54,318 nt of DNA from contig CAZVDC010000001.1 of the NCBI GenBank assembly GCA_964625995.1, positions 1 to 54,318 of the forward strand. Reading direction: 5' to 3'. Under the pieces are notes generated by a model. That model worked only from the letters and a program-made list of their open reading frames with translations, searched no databases and was not told where the DNA came from. Each line of letters starts with the position of its first letter. The first letter of the stretch is position 1. Made by a program: the position numbers and the translations under genes. This stretch comes from an uncultured Candidatus Saccharibacteria bacterium (GTDB taxonomy: Bacteria > Patescibacteriota > Minisyncoccia > RBG-13-40-8-A > JAUWHN01). This document shows, in pieces, positions 40,252 through 49,244 of this stretch.

Positions 40252-42933
40252 TTAGGCAAATTCAAATATTTTTTTTGGGTTTATTTTCCATTTTTTCCAG
40301 TATCTTTTGGTCTTTTTAAAGAAAGAATATTCTAAAGGAATTCGGACAATTGGCCCCCAGGCAATTCCTTTAACAGGAATTCCTATGATTTTTGAGGCGA
40401 CATAATTCAATGGATATCCCCATCTGTCTCCCCAGCTGTCATGGAAGGTCTGAGAGCCACCTACATCAAAGCTTTCATTAGGCCCGTGAGAGAATCCGCC
40501 TCGATGGGTATGACCCGAAAAGAAGAACACGAATTTTCCCTGTTGCCAGTTTTCAGTAAGACCTCTTTTTCGGTTTACTTCTTTAATTTTTCTGATTGGG
40601 TCTTTGTATTTTGAGGCTCCTGTAATCTCCTTATGCCTTAAAGAAAATCCATACTCTGCTCCTTTAAACAGCTTTAATACTCCACCTCCAGCAGCTAAAT
40701 CTCCGAATTGAGGACTTTTTATCATCTCATCTATGGTAAGATTAAGTCTTTTCAGTTTTTCTATTCTATTTTTAAGAAGCTTTCTTAGGCAGTCAGCCAT
40801 TTCAATTCCATCATTTAGTTCTCTATTGGTGGTATTCATAAAGTGATTCCCACCGAGAAAAATAATCGGAGCTAAATCATCTTCGTATTTAATTCTTAAA
40901 CTTTTTGCTCTTTCTATTATTTTCAAGAAATAATCTTCATATTCCTTGCGACCAAAAGCAGCTTTTTTGTATTCCTCTATTTGCTTTTCACAAGGAAAAA
41001 TTCCTCGTTTTAAAGTCTGTTCTAAAAGAAAACCTGGGTCTTTAACTTTTTTTAAAATATCGCTTAGAACAACCACCTCTTTTGGCGGTTGACTTTCAAA
41101 AGGATAATTATGTCCTTGAATAATATCACCCAGATGAATATAGCCAGCTAGAGGGGCGCTCAGAGAAGTTAAAAAATCACGAACCATTTGAAAATGATAA
41201 AGAATATATGGTTCTTTAGTTATCCGATAGTAGGCTACATAACCTGAACCTACATGTGAATCACCATCCAGTTCGTAGTAAATAAGCCGTATTTTTCTGT
41301 TAAAATCTTTAGATTCAAACAGAGCATTGTTAAGAAGGCAAGGCAGTAAGTATGTTTCTCTTTTTAGGATGAGTTCACCGCTTTGTTGTTCTTTTATTCC
41401 TTGATAAATTACTACTCCCGGAGTAACTTCTTCATTGGTTATTGCATCTAAAAAAGCATCTCCAATTATCCCTAATTCTGTTCTTTTTCTGTGAATTTTT
41501 CTATTGTCAATACAGACTGGTAGCTGTTCAAGATAAGAATCAGCGATATCCTTTTTTCGGCTTCTATAACTTATTGGCGCTCCCGAATGAGTAATATTGG
41601 TTCTTCCTGCTACAACAATTACCTTAGCCAAGTCACGGAATTTTGCTGTTTTCCTAAAATGGTCAATAAACTTGTCTATTGCTCGGTCTCGAGAAGAATC
41701 TTCATTATCATGAACTATTTGGAAGGTTAAACCCCCTATATCTAAAAATACCTGTCCACAAGAAACCACTTTTCCATTCAGCATTTTTTCATAAATATAG
41801 ATAATATACTTCTGCATTTGCCGGGAGATTCGGTTAATACAGCCTTCATCAAAGTTGGTCATTTTGACATAGCCCAGTTTTCTGTTTATTAAGTCTATTT
41901 TTCTTTTTAATTCTCCCCGATGTTTTTTAAGTTTTTCAACAGCTGCTAATTCTCTCTCAACCCTCTTTAAATCTTTCTCTGTTTCGTTTATTGTTTTTTT
42001 TAGCTTCTTTTCTTCGTTTGATTGGTTTTTAGATTCTGTCAACCATTTTAGTGTTTCCAGTCTTTCTAACTTTACTCTGGTTGCTTTCAAAATTTTTTCC
42101 AGTTCATTTTTTTCTTGAAGATAGTATGCCTCAGTATCTTTTAAATATTTATTTAATTTTCTCAATTCTTTCATTAAGACCCTTTTTTCTTCTCTTAATT
42201 TATCTAATTCTTCTATAACAATCTTTCTTACAATTTCATTCGTATACTGTTCTACTAGTTGTTGTTCTGTTTTGCCCAAGGAGATTAAAATTTTTCCTTT
42301 AAAATAGGGCTTATTATTTTGATTAAAGAATTGTTGGCGAAGCTCTCTTACTAGAATATCAAACTTTTCTTTGAAGGACCTGAATACAACTTCTTCACTT
42401 TCTTCTTCAGCAGAAAACAGGGCTCTATTCGGTTTTTTGTTAGAATATCTTTTCAAATCCATGTAAACGAGATTTCCTGGAATTACTACAGCATCAACTT
42501 TTCTTTTCTGGGCAAGTTTTAGGGCATTTCTTAAAAGTCCGGAATGATTTTTCAGACCGATAAGGGGGGCGTTGATGAACATCACCCTAGGATTTTCTTC
42601 CGATTTCACCTTTACCACAAATGGTTTTTCCCAGCTGGTTTTTGGAAGCGACTGTTTAAAAATTTTTTCAACCTGAGCTGGATCTAAGGACAGTACAACC
42701 TTGGCAAAGTCAATCAATGTTTTCCGGTACCCCAAAGAAACTAGAACTCCAGCTATTTGCTGTGGCGAAAATGAGACACCAAGCTCAGCAAGCTCTTTTT
42801 CAAAAATTTTATTCAGCTCTTGGGTTATTTCCTTTGTGGTAAACTCTGGGTGAAGCCGTTTTAATTCATCTAATTTTTCGTCTAAATTAGGGATCTTTTT
42901 TCTTAATTCTCTCCATCTTAATGTTTTAGTCAT
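40252..42933 (-). CDS. large metallophosphoesterase-domain protein with coiled-coil insertion
   Basis: The C-terminal half carries the full calcineurin-like motif set: LDGDSH (556-560), LGDIIQGHN (601-609), GGNHF (694-698), SGHTH (806-810). The N-terminal half has degenerate counterparts (VMFINAP, DAVVIPGNLV, VVAGRTNITH) split by a coiled coil of about 130 aa. SD AAGGAGGGAAG. Confidence 0.6.
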   Translation of the reverse strand: MTKTLRWRELRKKIPNLDEKLDELKRLHPEFTTKEITQELNKIFEKELAELGVSFSPQQIAGVLVSLGYRKTLIDFAKVVLSLDPAQVEKIFKQSLPKTSWEKPFVVKVKSEENPRVMFINAPLIGLKNHSGLLRNALKLAQKRKVDAVVIPGNLVYMDLKRYSNKKPNRALFSAEEESEEVVFRSFKEKFDILVRELRQQFFNQNNKPYFKGKILISLGKTEQQLVEQYTNEIVRKIVIEELDKLREEKRVLMKELRKLNKYLKDTEAYYLQEKNELEKILKATRVKLERLETLKWLTESKNQSNEEKKLKKTINETEKDLKRVERELAAVEKLKKHRGELKRKIDLINRKLGYVKMTNFDEGCINRISRQMQKYIIYIYEKMLNGKVVSCGQVFLDIGGLTFQIVHDNEDSSRDRAIDKFIDHFRKTAKFRDLAKVIVVAGRTNITHSGAPISYRSRKKDIADSYLEQLPVCIDNRKIHRKRTELGIIGDAFLDAITNEEVTPGVVIYQGIKEQQSGELILKRETYLLPCLLNNALFESKDFNRKIRLIYYELDGDSHVGSGYVAYYRITKEPYILYHFQMVRDFLTSLSAPLAGYIHLGDIIQGHNYPFESQPPKEVVVLSDILKKVKDPGFLLEQTLKRGIFPCEKQIEEYKKAAFGRKEYEDYFLKIIERAKSLRIKYEDDLAPIIFLGGNHFMNTTNRELNDGIEMADCLRKLLKNRIEKLKRLNLTIDEMIKSPQFGDLAAGGGVLKLFKGAEYGFSLRHKEITGASKYKDPIRKIKEVNRKRGLTENWQQGKFVFFFSGHTHRGGFSHGPNESFDVGGSQTFHDSWGDRWGYPLNYVASKIIGIPVKGIAWGPIVRIPLEYSFFKKTKRYWKKWKINPKKIFEFA

Positions 42934-42986
42934 TTCTTCCCTCCTTATTAAATTGTCAAAGATCTTTATTGTTTAAATTTAATGCT

Positions 42987-44366
42987 CTAAGTTAATTTTA
43001 TACCAAGTTCTTTAAGTTGTTTAGGGGTAACTGTATCAGGTGCATTCATTGTAAGGTCTCGACCATCTCCTGTTTTTGGAAATGCCATTACCTCTCTTAT
43101 ACTTGGTTCATTGCTTAAAATCATTAATAATCTATCAATTCCCAAAGCAATTCCTCCATGAGGAGGTGCTCCATATTCAAATGCCTGAAGCAAATGACCG
43201 AATTTTTCCTCAATTTCATTTTTGCTTAATCCAACTAATTTTAATATTTTTCTTTGAATTTCTGGATCGTGGTTTCTTATGCTTCCACCAGCAATTTCAT
43301 GACCGTTGCAGACTAAATCATGCTGCCAAGATTTTACTTTTGCTGGATCTTTTTCTAAATTTTTTATGTCTTTTTCTTTAGGAGCAGTAAAAATATGATG
43401 CATAGGGTCCCATCTTTTTTCTTCTTTATTCCATTCAAAAAGAGGCCAATCAACTATCCAAAGAAAACAAAGTTCGTTTGGGTTGTTTTTATTCTTTCTT
43501 AAATCTGGTTTGTCTGTTTTATATTTTTTAATTGCTTCTTCATAGGTTAAAACTTTAAAAGGTTTAAAAGTAAGCTTTTTTTTGGCCAATTTAGCTATTT
43601 CTATCATTAATCCTTCTGTAATTTCTAATATTTCTTTTTGTTCAACAAAAGACATTTCCAAATCTAATTGCGTAAATTCTGGTTGCCTATCCCCTCTTAG
43701 GTCTTCATCTCTAAAACAGCGAGCAATTTGAAAGTATTTTTCTAAACCAGCTACCATTAAAAGCTGTTTATATTGCTGAGGTGATTGTGGAAGAGCATAA
43801 AACTTTCCCGGATTAAGTCGTGAAGGAACCAGGAAATCCCTTGCCCCTTCAGGTGTTGATTTGGTTAGAATTGGTGTTTCAATTTCTAAAAATCCTTTTT
43901 TGTCTAAATAATCCCTGATTAGTTTTATAACCTTATGACGAAGAACAATATTTTCTTTCATTCTCTGCTTTCTTAAATCTAAATAACGGTATTTCAACCT
44001 TAATTCTTCATTTACTTTTCTATCTTCTGGTTCTATTTCAAAAGGTAGGACTTTTGCCTTGTTTAAAATTGTCAATTTTTCTGCCTTGATTTCAATTTTT
44101 CCAGTTAAAAGATTGGGATTTATCATTTTTTTGGGCCTTTTATTAACAGTTCCTTCCAAGGCAATTACCCATTCGCTTCTTAAAGAATCTGCTAAATTGA
44201 TAAGCTCTTTGTTTTCAGGGGTAAAGACAACTTGAACAATGCCAGACCTGTCTCTTAAATCAATAAAAATAATTTTCCCATGGTCTCTTCTAGATTGAAC
44301 CCAACCACAAATTTTTATTCTTTTGTCAACATATTTAATTGTTTCAGAAATATAAATTCTTTTCAT
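42987..44366 (-). CDS. aspS: aspartate--tRNA ligase, bacterial type lacking the GAD insertion
   Basis: OB-fold N-domain, FRDEDLRGDRQPEFTQLDLEMSF (motif 2 region), and GGSIRNHD..GAPPHGGIALGIDR (motif 3). The ATG at 44366 is preferred over the TTG at 44390. Confidence 0.92.
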   Translation of the reverse strand: MKRIYISETIKYVDKRIKICGWVQSRRDHGKIIFIDLRDRSGIVQVVFTPENKELINLADSLRSEWVIALEGTVNKRPKKMINPNLLTGKIEIKAEKLTILNKAKVLPFEIEPEDRKVNEELRLKYRYLDLRKQRMKENIVLRHKVIKLIRDYLDKKGFLEIETPILTKSTPEGARDFLVPSRLNPGKFYALPQSPQQYKQLLMVAGLEKYFQIARCFRDEDLRGDRQPEFTQLDLEMSFVEQKEILEITEGLMIEIAKLAKKKLTFKPFKVLTYEEAIKKYKTDKPDLRKNKNNPNELCFLWIVDWPLFEWNKEEKRWDPMHHIFTAPKEKDIKNLEKDPAKVKSWQHDLVCNGHEIAGGSIRNHDPEIQRKILKLVGLSKNEIEEKFGHLLQAFEYGAPPHGGIALGIDRLLMILSNEPSIREVMAFPKTGDGRDLTMNAPDTVTPKQLKELGIKLT

Positions 44367-44372
44367 AGTTGA

Positions 44373-44381
44373 ATTATAACA
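44373..44381 (-). promoter_or_regulatory. extended -10 promoter of aspS (TGTTATAAT), leaderless geometry
   Basis: The minus strand reads TGTTATAAT-TCAACT-ATG, with 6 nt between the -10 and the ATG at 44366. Confidence 0.55.
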
Positions 44382-44440
44382 TTTTAACAATTGATTAGTA
44401 AAGAATATATGTTATCCCAGTCTACGAATGAATATCCCAA

Positions 44441-44483
44441 CCCGCCTGCCAATCGCCTTCGGCGATAGCCGATGGCGGGCAGG
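44441..44483. repeat. isolated GC-rich compound hairpin
   Basis: CCCGCCTGCC..ATCGCC-TTC-GGCGAT..GGCGGGCAGG. The inner stem is a perfect 6 bp. The outer stems CCTGCC/GGCAGG and CCCGCC/GGCGGG are mutually exclusive. The element is flanked by GTCTACGAAT (44420-44429) and GTCTACAAAT (44483-44492). Confidence 0.7.
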
Positions 44484-44497
44484 TCTACAAATATTCA

Positions 44498-44570
44498 ATG
44501 TGACAAGGCTATTGTAACGAGGTCTTTCCTCGTTACATTTTAATACGGGTGACCGGAGACCTCGTTACAT
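44498..44570. repeat. REP-like cluster: half-site, full palindrome (TCTTT orientation), partial expanded copy
   Basis: ATGTGACAAGG (44498-44508), TGTAACGAGG-TCTTT-CCTCGTTACAT (44513-44538), and ACGGGTGACCGG-AGA-CCTCGTTACAT (44545-44570). Confidence 0.85.
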
Positions 44571-44600
44571 TGATTAAAGATGGGTTAGTTTAGTGATGTA

Positions 44601-44628
44601 AAAAATAGGAGAAGAAATTCTCCTATTT
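44601..44628 (-). terminator. intrinsic terminator of greA
   Basis: AATAGGAGA-AGAAATT-CTCCTATT with a T5 run on the minus strand. Confidence 0.7.
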
Positions 44629-44687
44629 TATACACGCTTAGTTCTTTATTTCTTGGTATATTAAAAGTTTATTAGAATGCATTTGAT

Positions 44688-45146
44688 TTATTTTATTTCT
44701 ATTATTGTATATTTTACTTTTCCTTTAGGGGTTTGGACAACTACAGTTTCTCCTTTCTTTTTATTAAGGAAAGCTTCGCCAATAGGAGAATCATTGGAAA
44801 TTTTTCCCTTGCTTGGATCGGCATCTTCTGATCCTACGATGTAGAATTCTTTTTTATTGCCAGCCTTGTCTTTTACTATGAGTTTTGAGCCAACCTGGAC
44901 CTTAGTTTTATTGGGTTTTCTAGAAACTATTACAGCATTTTTAATAATATTCTCTAATTCGAGTATTCTACCCTCATTAAAAGCTTGAGCTTCTTTTGCA
45001 TCTGTGTATTCAGCATTTTCTGAAATGTCTCCCTGCATTCGAGCCTCATGAATTTTCTTGGCAATTTGTTGACGCAAAAGCGTCTTGCGTTTTACAAGTT
45101 CTTCTTTAAATTTTTTAAGTTTTTCTGGGCTGATATAATAAGGCAT
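44688..45146 (-). CDS. greA: transcription elongation factor GreA
   Basis: GDISENAEYTDAKEAQAFNEGRILELE at the coiled-coil tip, with a C-terminal FKBP-like domain. Confidence 0.92.
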   Translation of the reverse strand: MPYYISPEKLKKFKEELVKRKTLLRQQIAKKIHEARMQGDISENAEYTDAKEAQAFNEGRILELENIIKNAVIVSRKPNKTKVQVGSKLIVKDKAGNKKEFYIVGSEDADPSKGKISNDSPIGEAFLNKKKGETVVVQTPKGKVKYTIIEIK

Positions 45147-45152
45147 TGTTGT

Positions 45153-45980
45153 TTAAACTTTATTGTTTTTAATTTTTAATTGAAATTCTTTTAATTGAGC
45201 CAGATTAGAATACAACATTGCTACTGTAATCGGGCCTACTCCTCCAGGATTAGGGGTAATATAGCTTACCTTGTCTTTAACTTTTTCAAAGTCTACATCA
45301 CCAATAATTTTTCCTTTTTTCATAGAAAATCCCGCATCTATTATAACAGTTTTCTTTTTTACCATATCTTTTTTAATTAAGCAAGGGGTTCCCGTAGCTG
45401 AGATAAGAATATCTGCTTTTAGGGTTTGTTTTTTAAGGTTTTTGGTGTTTATATCGCAAGTTATTAGCTTTACATTTTTCATTGTTTTAAATAACTTAGT
45501 TAAGGGCTTGCCTATTAATTTTCCCTGCCCTACTATTGCAATTGTTTTTCCTTGCGGTTTAATTTTATAGAAATTTAGCAGTTGCAATATACCGGCAGCA
45601 GCTGGGGGTTTCACTAATTTATCTGAACCTAAAGCATCTACATCCTTTTCAACAGGAATTAGTTTTATTATTTTGTCCTCGTCAAGGTGTTTTGGCAAAG
45701 GAAGTTGAACTACTATTCCTGTAATTGTTTTATCTTGGCTTAATTTTAAAATTTCCTTAGTTAAAGAATTTAAGCTAATTTTTGAGTTTAATCTAATGAG
45801 TTTGAAATTTACACTAAGTTCTTGAGCTATTTTCTGTTTTTGTTTTACAAAACTTTCAGAAGCAGGATTGGTGCCAACCATTACTACAGCTAATTTAGTT
45901 GAAGGTAAAAGCTTAAACCTCTTTTTTAGCTGGTTTAGTATTTTTTTAGCTACTTTTCTTCCGTTAAGAAGCACTGCCAT
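45153..45980 (-). CDS. folD: bifunctional methylenetetrahydrofolate dehydrogenase/cyclohydrolase
   Basis: ASESFVKQKQK, GIVVQLPLP, VGQGKLIGKPL and PNPGGVGPITVAML motifs. Confidence 0.9.
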   Translation of the reverse strand: MAVLLNGRKVAKKILNQLKKRFKLLPSTKLAVVMVGTNPASESFVKQKQKIAQELSVNFKLIRLNSKISLNSLTKEILKLSQDKTITGIVVQLPLPKHLDEDKIIKLIPVEKDVDALGSDKLVKPPAAAGILQLLNFYKIKPQGKTIAIVGQGKLIGKPLTKLFKTMKNVKLITCDINTKNLKKQTLKADILISATGTPCLIKKDMVKKKTVIIDAGFSMKKGKIIGDVDFEKVKDKVSYITPNPGGVGPITVAMLYSNLAQLKEFQLKIKNNKV

Positions 45981-46010
45981 ATTTTTAATCTATTTTTATT
46001 TTAACTTGGT

Positions 46011-47912
46011 TCAATGATTAAAATACCATTTTAAAACCTCTTTAGCTATTGGAACTGCTACTGATGATCCCTCCCCCCCATTTTCTATTAAGATAGTTAA
46101 GACAATCTCTGGATTTTCATAAGGAGCAAAAGCAGTAAACCAACTATGAGGTTTTTTATTTCTTGGCGCCTGAGCTGTTCCGGTTTTGCCAGCTACTTTT
46201 ACTGGCAGGTCATAAAGATATCTTGCTGAGCCTGACACCACTGCCTCTCGCATTCCTTTCCTAACTATTTCTAAAATTTTATCTTCTATAATATTTTCTT
46301 TTAATTTTTGGGATTGGATTTTATCATTTCCTATCTGCTTTACTATTTGGGGTTTGTACAAACTTCCTCCATTTGCAATTATACTTGTTGCCATTGCTAA
46401 TTGAAGAGGAGTAACCAATAAATCGCCTTGTCCAATTGAAATATTGTAGGTATCTCCCAGAAACCATTTCTCGCCTTTGTTTTCTAACTTCCATTTTTCA
46501 TTAGGAATTAAACCACTAACCTCTCCTTTTAAATCAATACCTAAAATTGTTCCTAGGCCAAATTTTTTAAGATACTCATTAATTTTATTTACTCCCAAAC
46601 CTTTGATATCGCCGTATCCTCCCCCTATTGTATAAAAATAAACATCGCATGATTCAGCAATTGCTTTTATTAAATTAGTTGGTCCATGAACTTTCCAGTC
46701 ATTAAAAACGTAAAAAATATCAGGATAGAATTTATTCTTAATTGTAATTCTTCCTTGACAGTTTATAACTTTTTCGGGATTAATTATGTTTTCTTTTAAA
46801 GCTGCAGCTGCAAGAATAGGTTTAATAGTTGAACCAGGCGCATATAAACCTCCGATAACCCTATTTAAGAAAGGCTTAGAAGGATTCGATTTAATCTTTT
46901 GGAGTTTTTCTTCAGAAAGACCGCCTGAGAATTCATTATTGTTTAGAGAAGGAAAGCTTACTAAAGCAAGGATTTTTCCATTGCGGGGGTCAACTGCTAT
47001 TCCTGCTGCTCTATCTGTGTTTAGACGATTAAGCATTTTTTTGATTTCATCATAAAGCTTTTTTTGCAGGCCACTATCAATAGCAAGAATTATATCTTGT
47101 CCATTTTTAGCAGGTTGTTCTCCAATGATTCTTTTCACTTTTCCACTAGCATCAACTTCTACTAATTTCTTTCCGTATTCACCCCTTAATTGGTTTTCGT
47201 AATAAAGTTCTATGCCAGATTTTCCAATATAATCATTTATAAGATAATCTGGGTTTTGTTTTCTTTCTTCTTCATTTATTAAACCTAAATAGCCTAAAAG
47301 ATGAAAGAACTTACTGCCATTATAATATTCTCTTCTGCTATCTGTTTCTATTAAAATAGTAGAATTGTTGGAAAACTTGCTTTTTAAAATCAAAGCTAAT
47401 TCTTGAGAGATGTTTGTTTTAAAAACAACCGGATAAGAAATGTTAAAATATTTTTTAACAAAAGCCTCTATTTCTTCTTTAGGGATAGAAAGAATTTCAG
47501 ACAAATATTTAAGATTTTTTTCATAATCATTTTGTTTTGCAAAATCTGAAGGAATTATACTTAGATTAAATACGGGTTCGTTAGAAACCAAAGGAATTTT
47601 GTTTTTATCATAGATAATACCTCTTAAGGGTTTTATTGGATAAGCCCTTATTCTATTTTCTTCAGCTACCCTTAACCAATAATTTCCTTGGATAATTTGA
47701 AGATTAGCTGATCTTCCCAGCAAAATTAATAAAAGAAGTACAATAAAGAAATAAACATATTGTATCCTTTCTTTTTTTACCGGGAATTCTATTTTTTCTT
47801 TTTCGCTCTCAGGGGATTTTTTCAGTTTTTCAGAGTCCAAAAAGATTTCTTCTGCTTCAATTGACTCTCGAGTTAGTCTTTTGATTTTATATTCAGTAAA
47901 GCCTTTAAACAT
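46011..47912 (-). CDS. mrdA: penicillin-binding protein 2 (elongasome transpeptidase)
   Basis: GSTIKP (SxxK) and KTGTAQ (KTG), with an N-terminal anchor and pedestal. It lies downstream of mreBCD. Confidence 0.85.
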   Translation of the reverse strand: MFKGFTEYKIKRLTRESIEAEEIFLDSEKLKKSPESEKEKIEFPVKKERIQYVYFFIVLLLLILLGRSANLQIIQGNYWLRVAEENRIRAYPIKPLRGIIYDKNKIPLVSNEPVFNLSIIPSDFAKQNDYEKNLKYLSEILSIPKEEIEAFVKKYFNISYPVVFKTNISQELALILKSKFSNNSTILIETDSRREYYNGSKFFHLLGYLGLINEEERKQNPDYLINDYIGKSGIELYYENQLRGEYGKKLVEVDASGKVKRIIGEQPAKNGQDIILAIDSGLQKKLYDEIKKMLNRLNTDRAAGIAVDPRNGKILALVSFPSLNNNEFSGGLSEEKLQKIKSNPSKPFLNRVIGGLYAPGSTIKPILAAAALKENIINPEKVINCQGRITIKNKFYPDIFYVFNDWKVHGPTNLIKAIAESCDVYFYTIGGGYGDIKGLGVNKINEYLKKFGLGTILGIDLKGEVSGLIPNEKWKLENKGEKWFLGDTYNISIGQGDLLVTPLQLAMATSIIANGGSLYKPQIVKQIGNDKIQSQKLKENIIEDKILEIVRKGMREAVVSGSARYLYDLPVKVAGKTGTAQAPRNKKPHSWFTAFAPYENPEIVLTILIENGGEGSSVAVPIAKEVLKWYFNH

Positions 47913-47913
47913 A

Positions 47914-48396
47914 CTAAAAACTTATTTTTGCTATTTTTGATCTTATTAAATAAAAAATAGGAAGAAATACAGCTAAATTGTAGATGATTTGAACAAAAAC
48001 CTGAATCAAGTTTATTCTAATTTCACCCGTATTTAATAAATAACCAAGCATTAAAGAAACTCGATAAAAAAGACTACACCCTGTACAGATTAGAACTAGA
48101 GAAAGAAAATTGAATTTTTTGAAAATATTTGTGGTGAGAAAATTAGCAAAGTAACTTATACAAAGCAAAGACAGGATAGATATTCCCAATGGATTATTAA
48201 AAGAATAAATATCTAGAAGCCACCCTCCTAAAAATATCCAAATTAAAGATTTTTTATAATTTTTAAGAATGCTGATAATTAAAACTCCAATTAATATCAA
48301 ATTTGGAAAAGTATTAAATATTTGGAAATAAGGAAAAAGAGAAGCTTGGACAAAAATTAAAATAATTATAAAACCAATTGAAATTAAAAGTTTCAT
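47914..48396 (-). CDS. mreD: rod shape-determining protein MreD
   Basis: 160-aa polytopic membrane protein immediately after mreC. Confidence 0.65.
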   Translation of the reverse strand: MKLLISIGFIIILIFVQASLFPYFQIFNTFPNLILIGVLIISILKNYKKSLIWIFLGGWLLDIYSFNNPLGISILSLLCISYFANFLTTNIFKKFNFLSLVLICTGCSLFYRVSLMLGYLLNTGEIRINLIQVFVQIIYNLAVFLPIFYLIRSKIAKISF

Positions 48397-48405
48397 ATTT
48401 ATTCT

Positions 48406-49230
48406 TTATTCGTTTTCCTGTTTAGAGCCTGTTATTATTAAAACTCTTTCTAGCTTTTCAATTTCAATAGCTGGTTTTACTTTTATTTTTTGAAACATTT
48501 CTTTTTCAGAAACTTCAACCTTTGAAATCTCGCCGATTAAAAGACCTCTTGGATAAACACCATCAATTCCTGAGGTTATAACTATTTGGCCGGTTTCGAT
48601 TTTTTTATCTTTAGGCACCAAGTTTAAAATCAACTCATTTTCTATTGTTTTTCCCTCTAAAAGGCCTTCTGTTCGAGTTTCCTGAATCAATACTGGGACC
48701 TTACAATTAGGACTGGAAACAAGGACAGCTTTTGAAAAGTTGTCAAACACCTCTGTTATCTTGCCTATCAGAATATTGTTATAAACAATCACGGGAAAGT
48801 TTTTTTTCATGCCGTCCATCCTTCCTTTATTTAAAAGAATATATTTTTCTGTTCCTAAAAAATCTTTTCCGACAACTTCGGCTAAAACTACTGGAAACCG
48901 TTGATTTTCTGGTAAATCGAGATAAGACCTTAAAAGTTGATTTTCTTTTTCTAATTCTTTCAGGCGCACGTTTTCTGCTATTAATCTTTCAATTTTTTGT
49001 TTCAAAATATAATTATCTTTTTGAATTTTTTTTAATTGGTTTAGAAAGTCCCAACTTGTTTTAATTTGCTTTGTTGTTTTTTGAAAACAGGTCTGAATTG
49101 GGGTAAATACTGTATAAGTAAAATTTACTATTTTGTTTGAAAATTTAGGAAAGATTAAAAAAACAAGCCCTACAAAGAGGACAACAAAGAAAATAATAAA
49201 AATCTTTTTTTTGATTAAAAAAGTTTCCAT
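48406..49230 (-). CDS. mreC: rod shape-determining protein MreC
   Basis: TM anchor, a coiled coil (ENVRLKELEKENQLLR), then beta domains with ITSGIDGVYPRGLLIG. Confidence 0.85.
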   Translation of the reverse strand: METFLIKKKIFIIFFVVLFVGLVFLIFPKFSNKIVNFTYTVFTPIQTCFQKTTKQIKTSWDFLNQLKKIQKDNYILKQKIERLIAENVRLKELEKENQLLRSYLDLPENQRFPVVLAEVVGKDFLGTEKYILLNKGRMDGMKKNFPVIVYNNILIGKITEVFDNFSKAVLVSSPNCKVPVLIQETRTEGLLEGKTIENELILNLVPKDKKIETGQIVITSGIDGVYPRGLLIGEISKVEVSEKEMFQKIKVKPAIEIEKLERVLIITGSKQENE

Positions 49231-49244
49231 ACAAATAGAGTTGT

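Noticed and set aside
44391-44687. A T-box or other riboswitch leader for aspS in the 297-bp spacer.
   Set aside because: The best aspS promoter sits 6 nt from the ATG, leaving no leader. I find no T-box consensus (..GGGTGGTACCGCG..) or specifier-loop layout on the minus strand. The structured pieces are REP-family copies and the GC hairpin.
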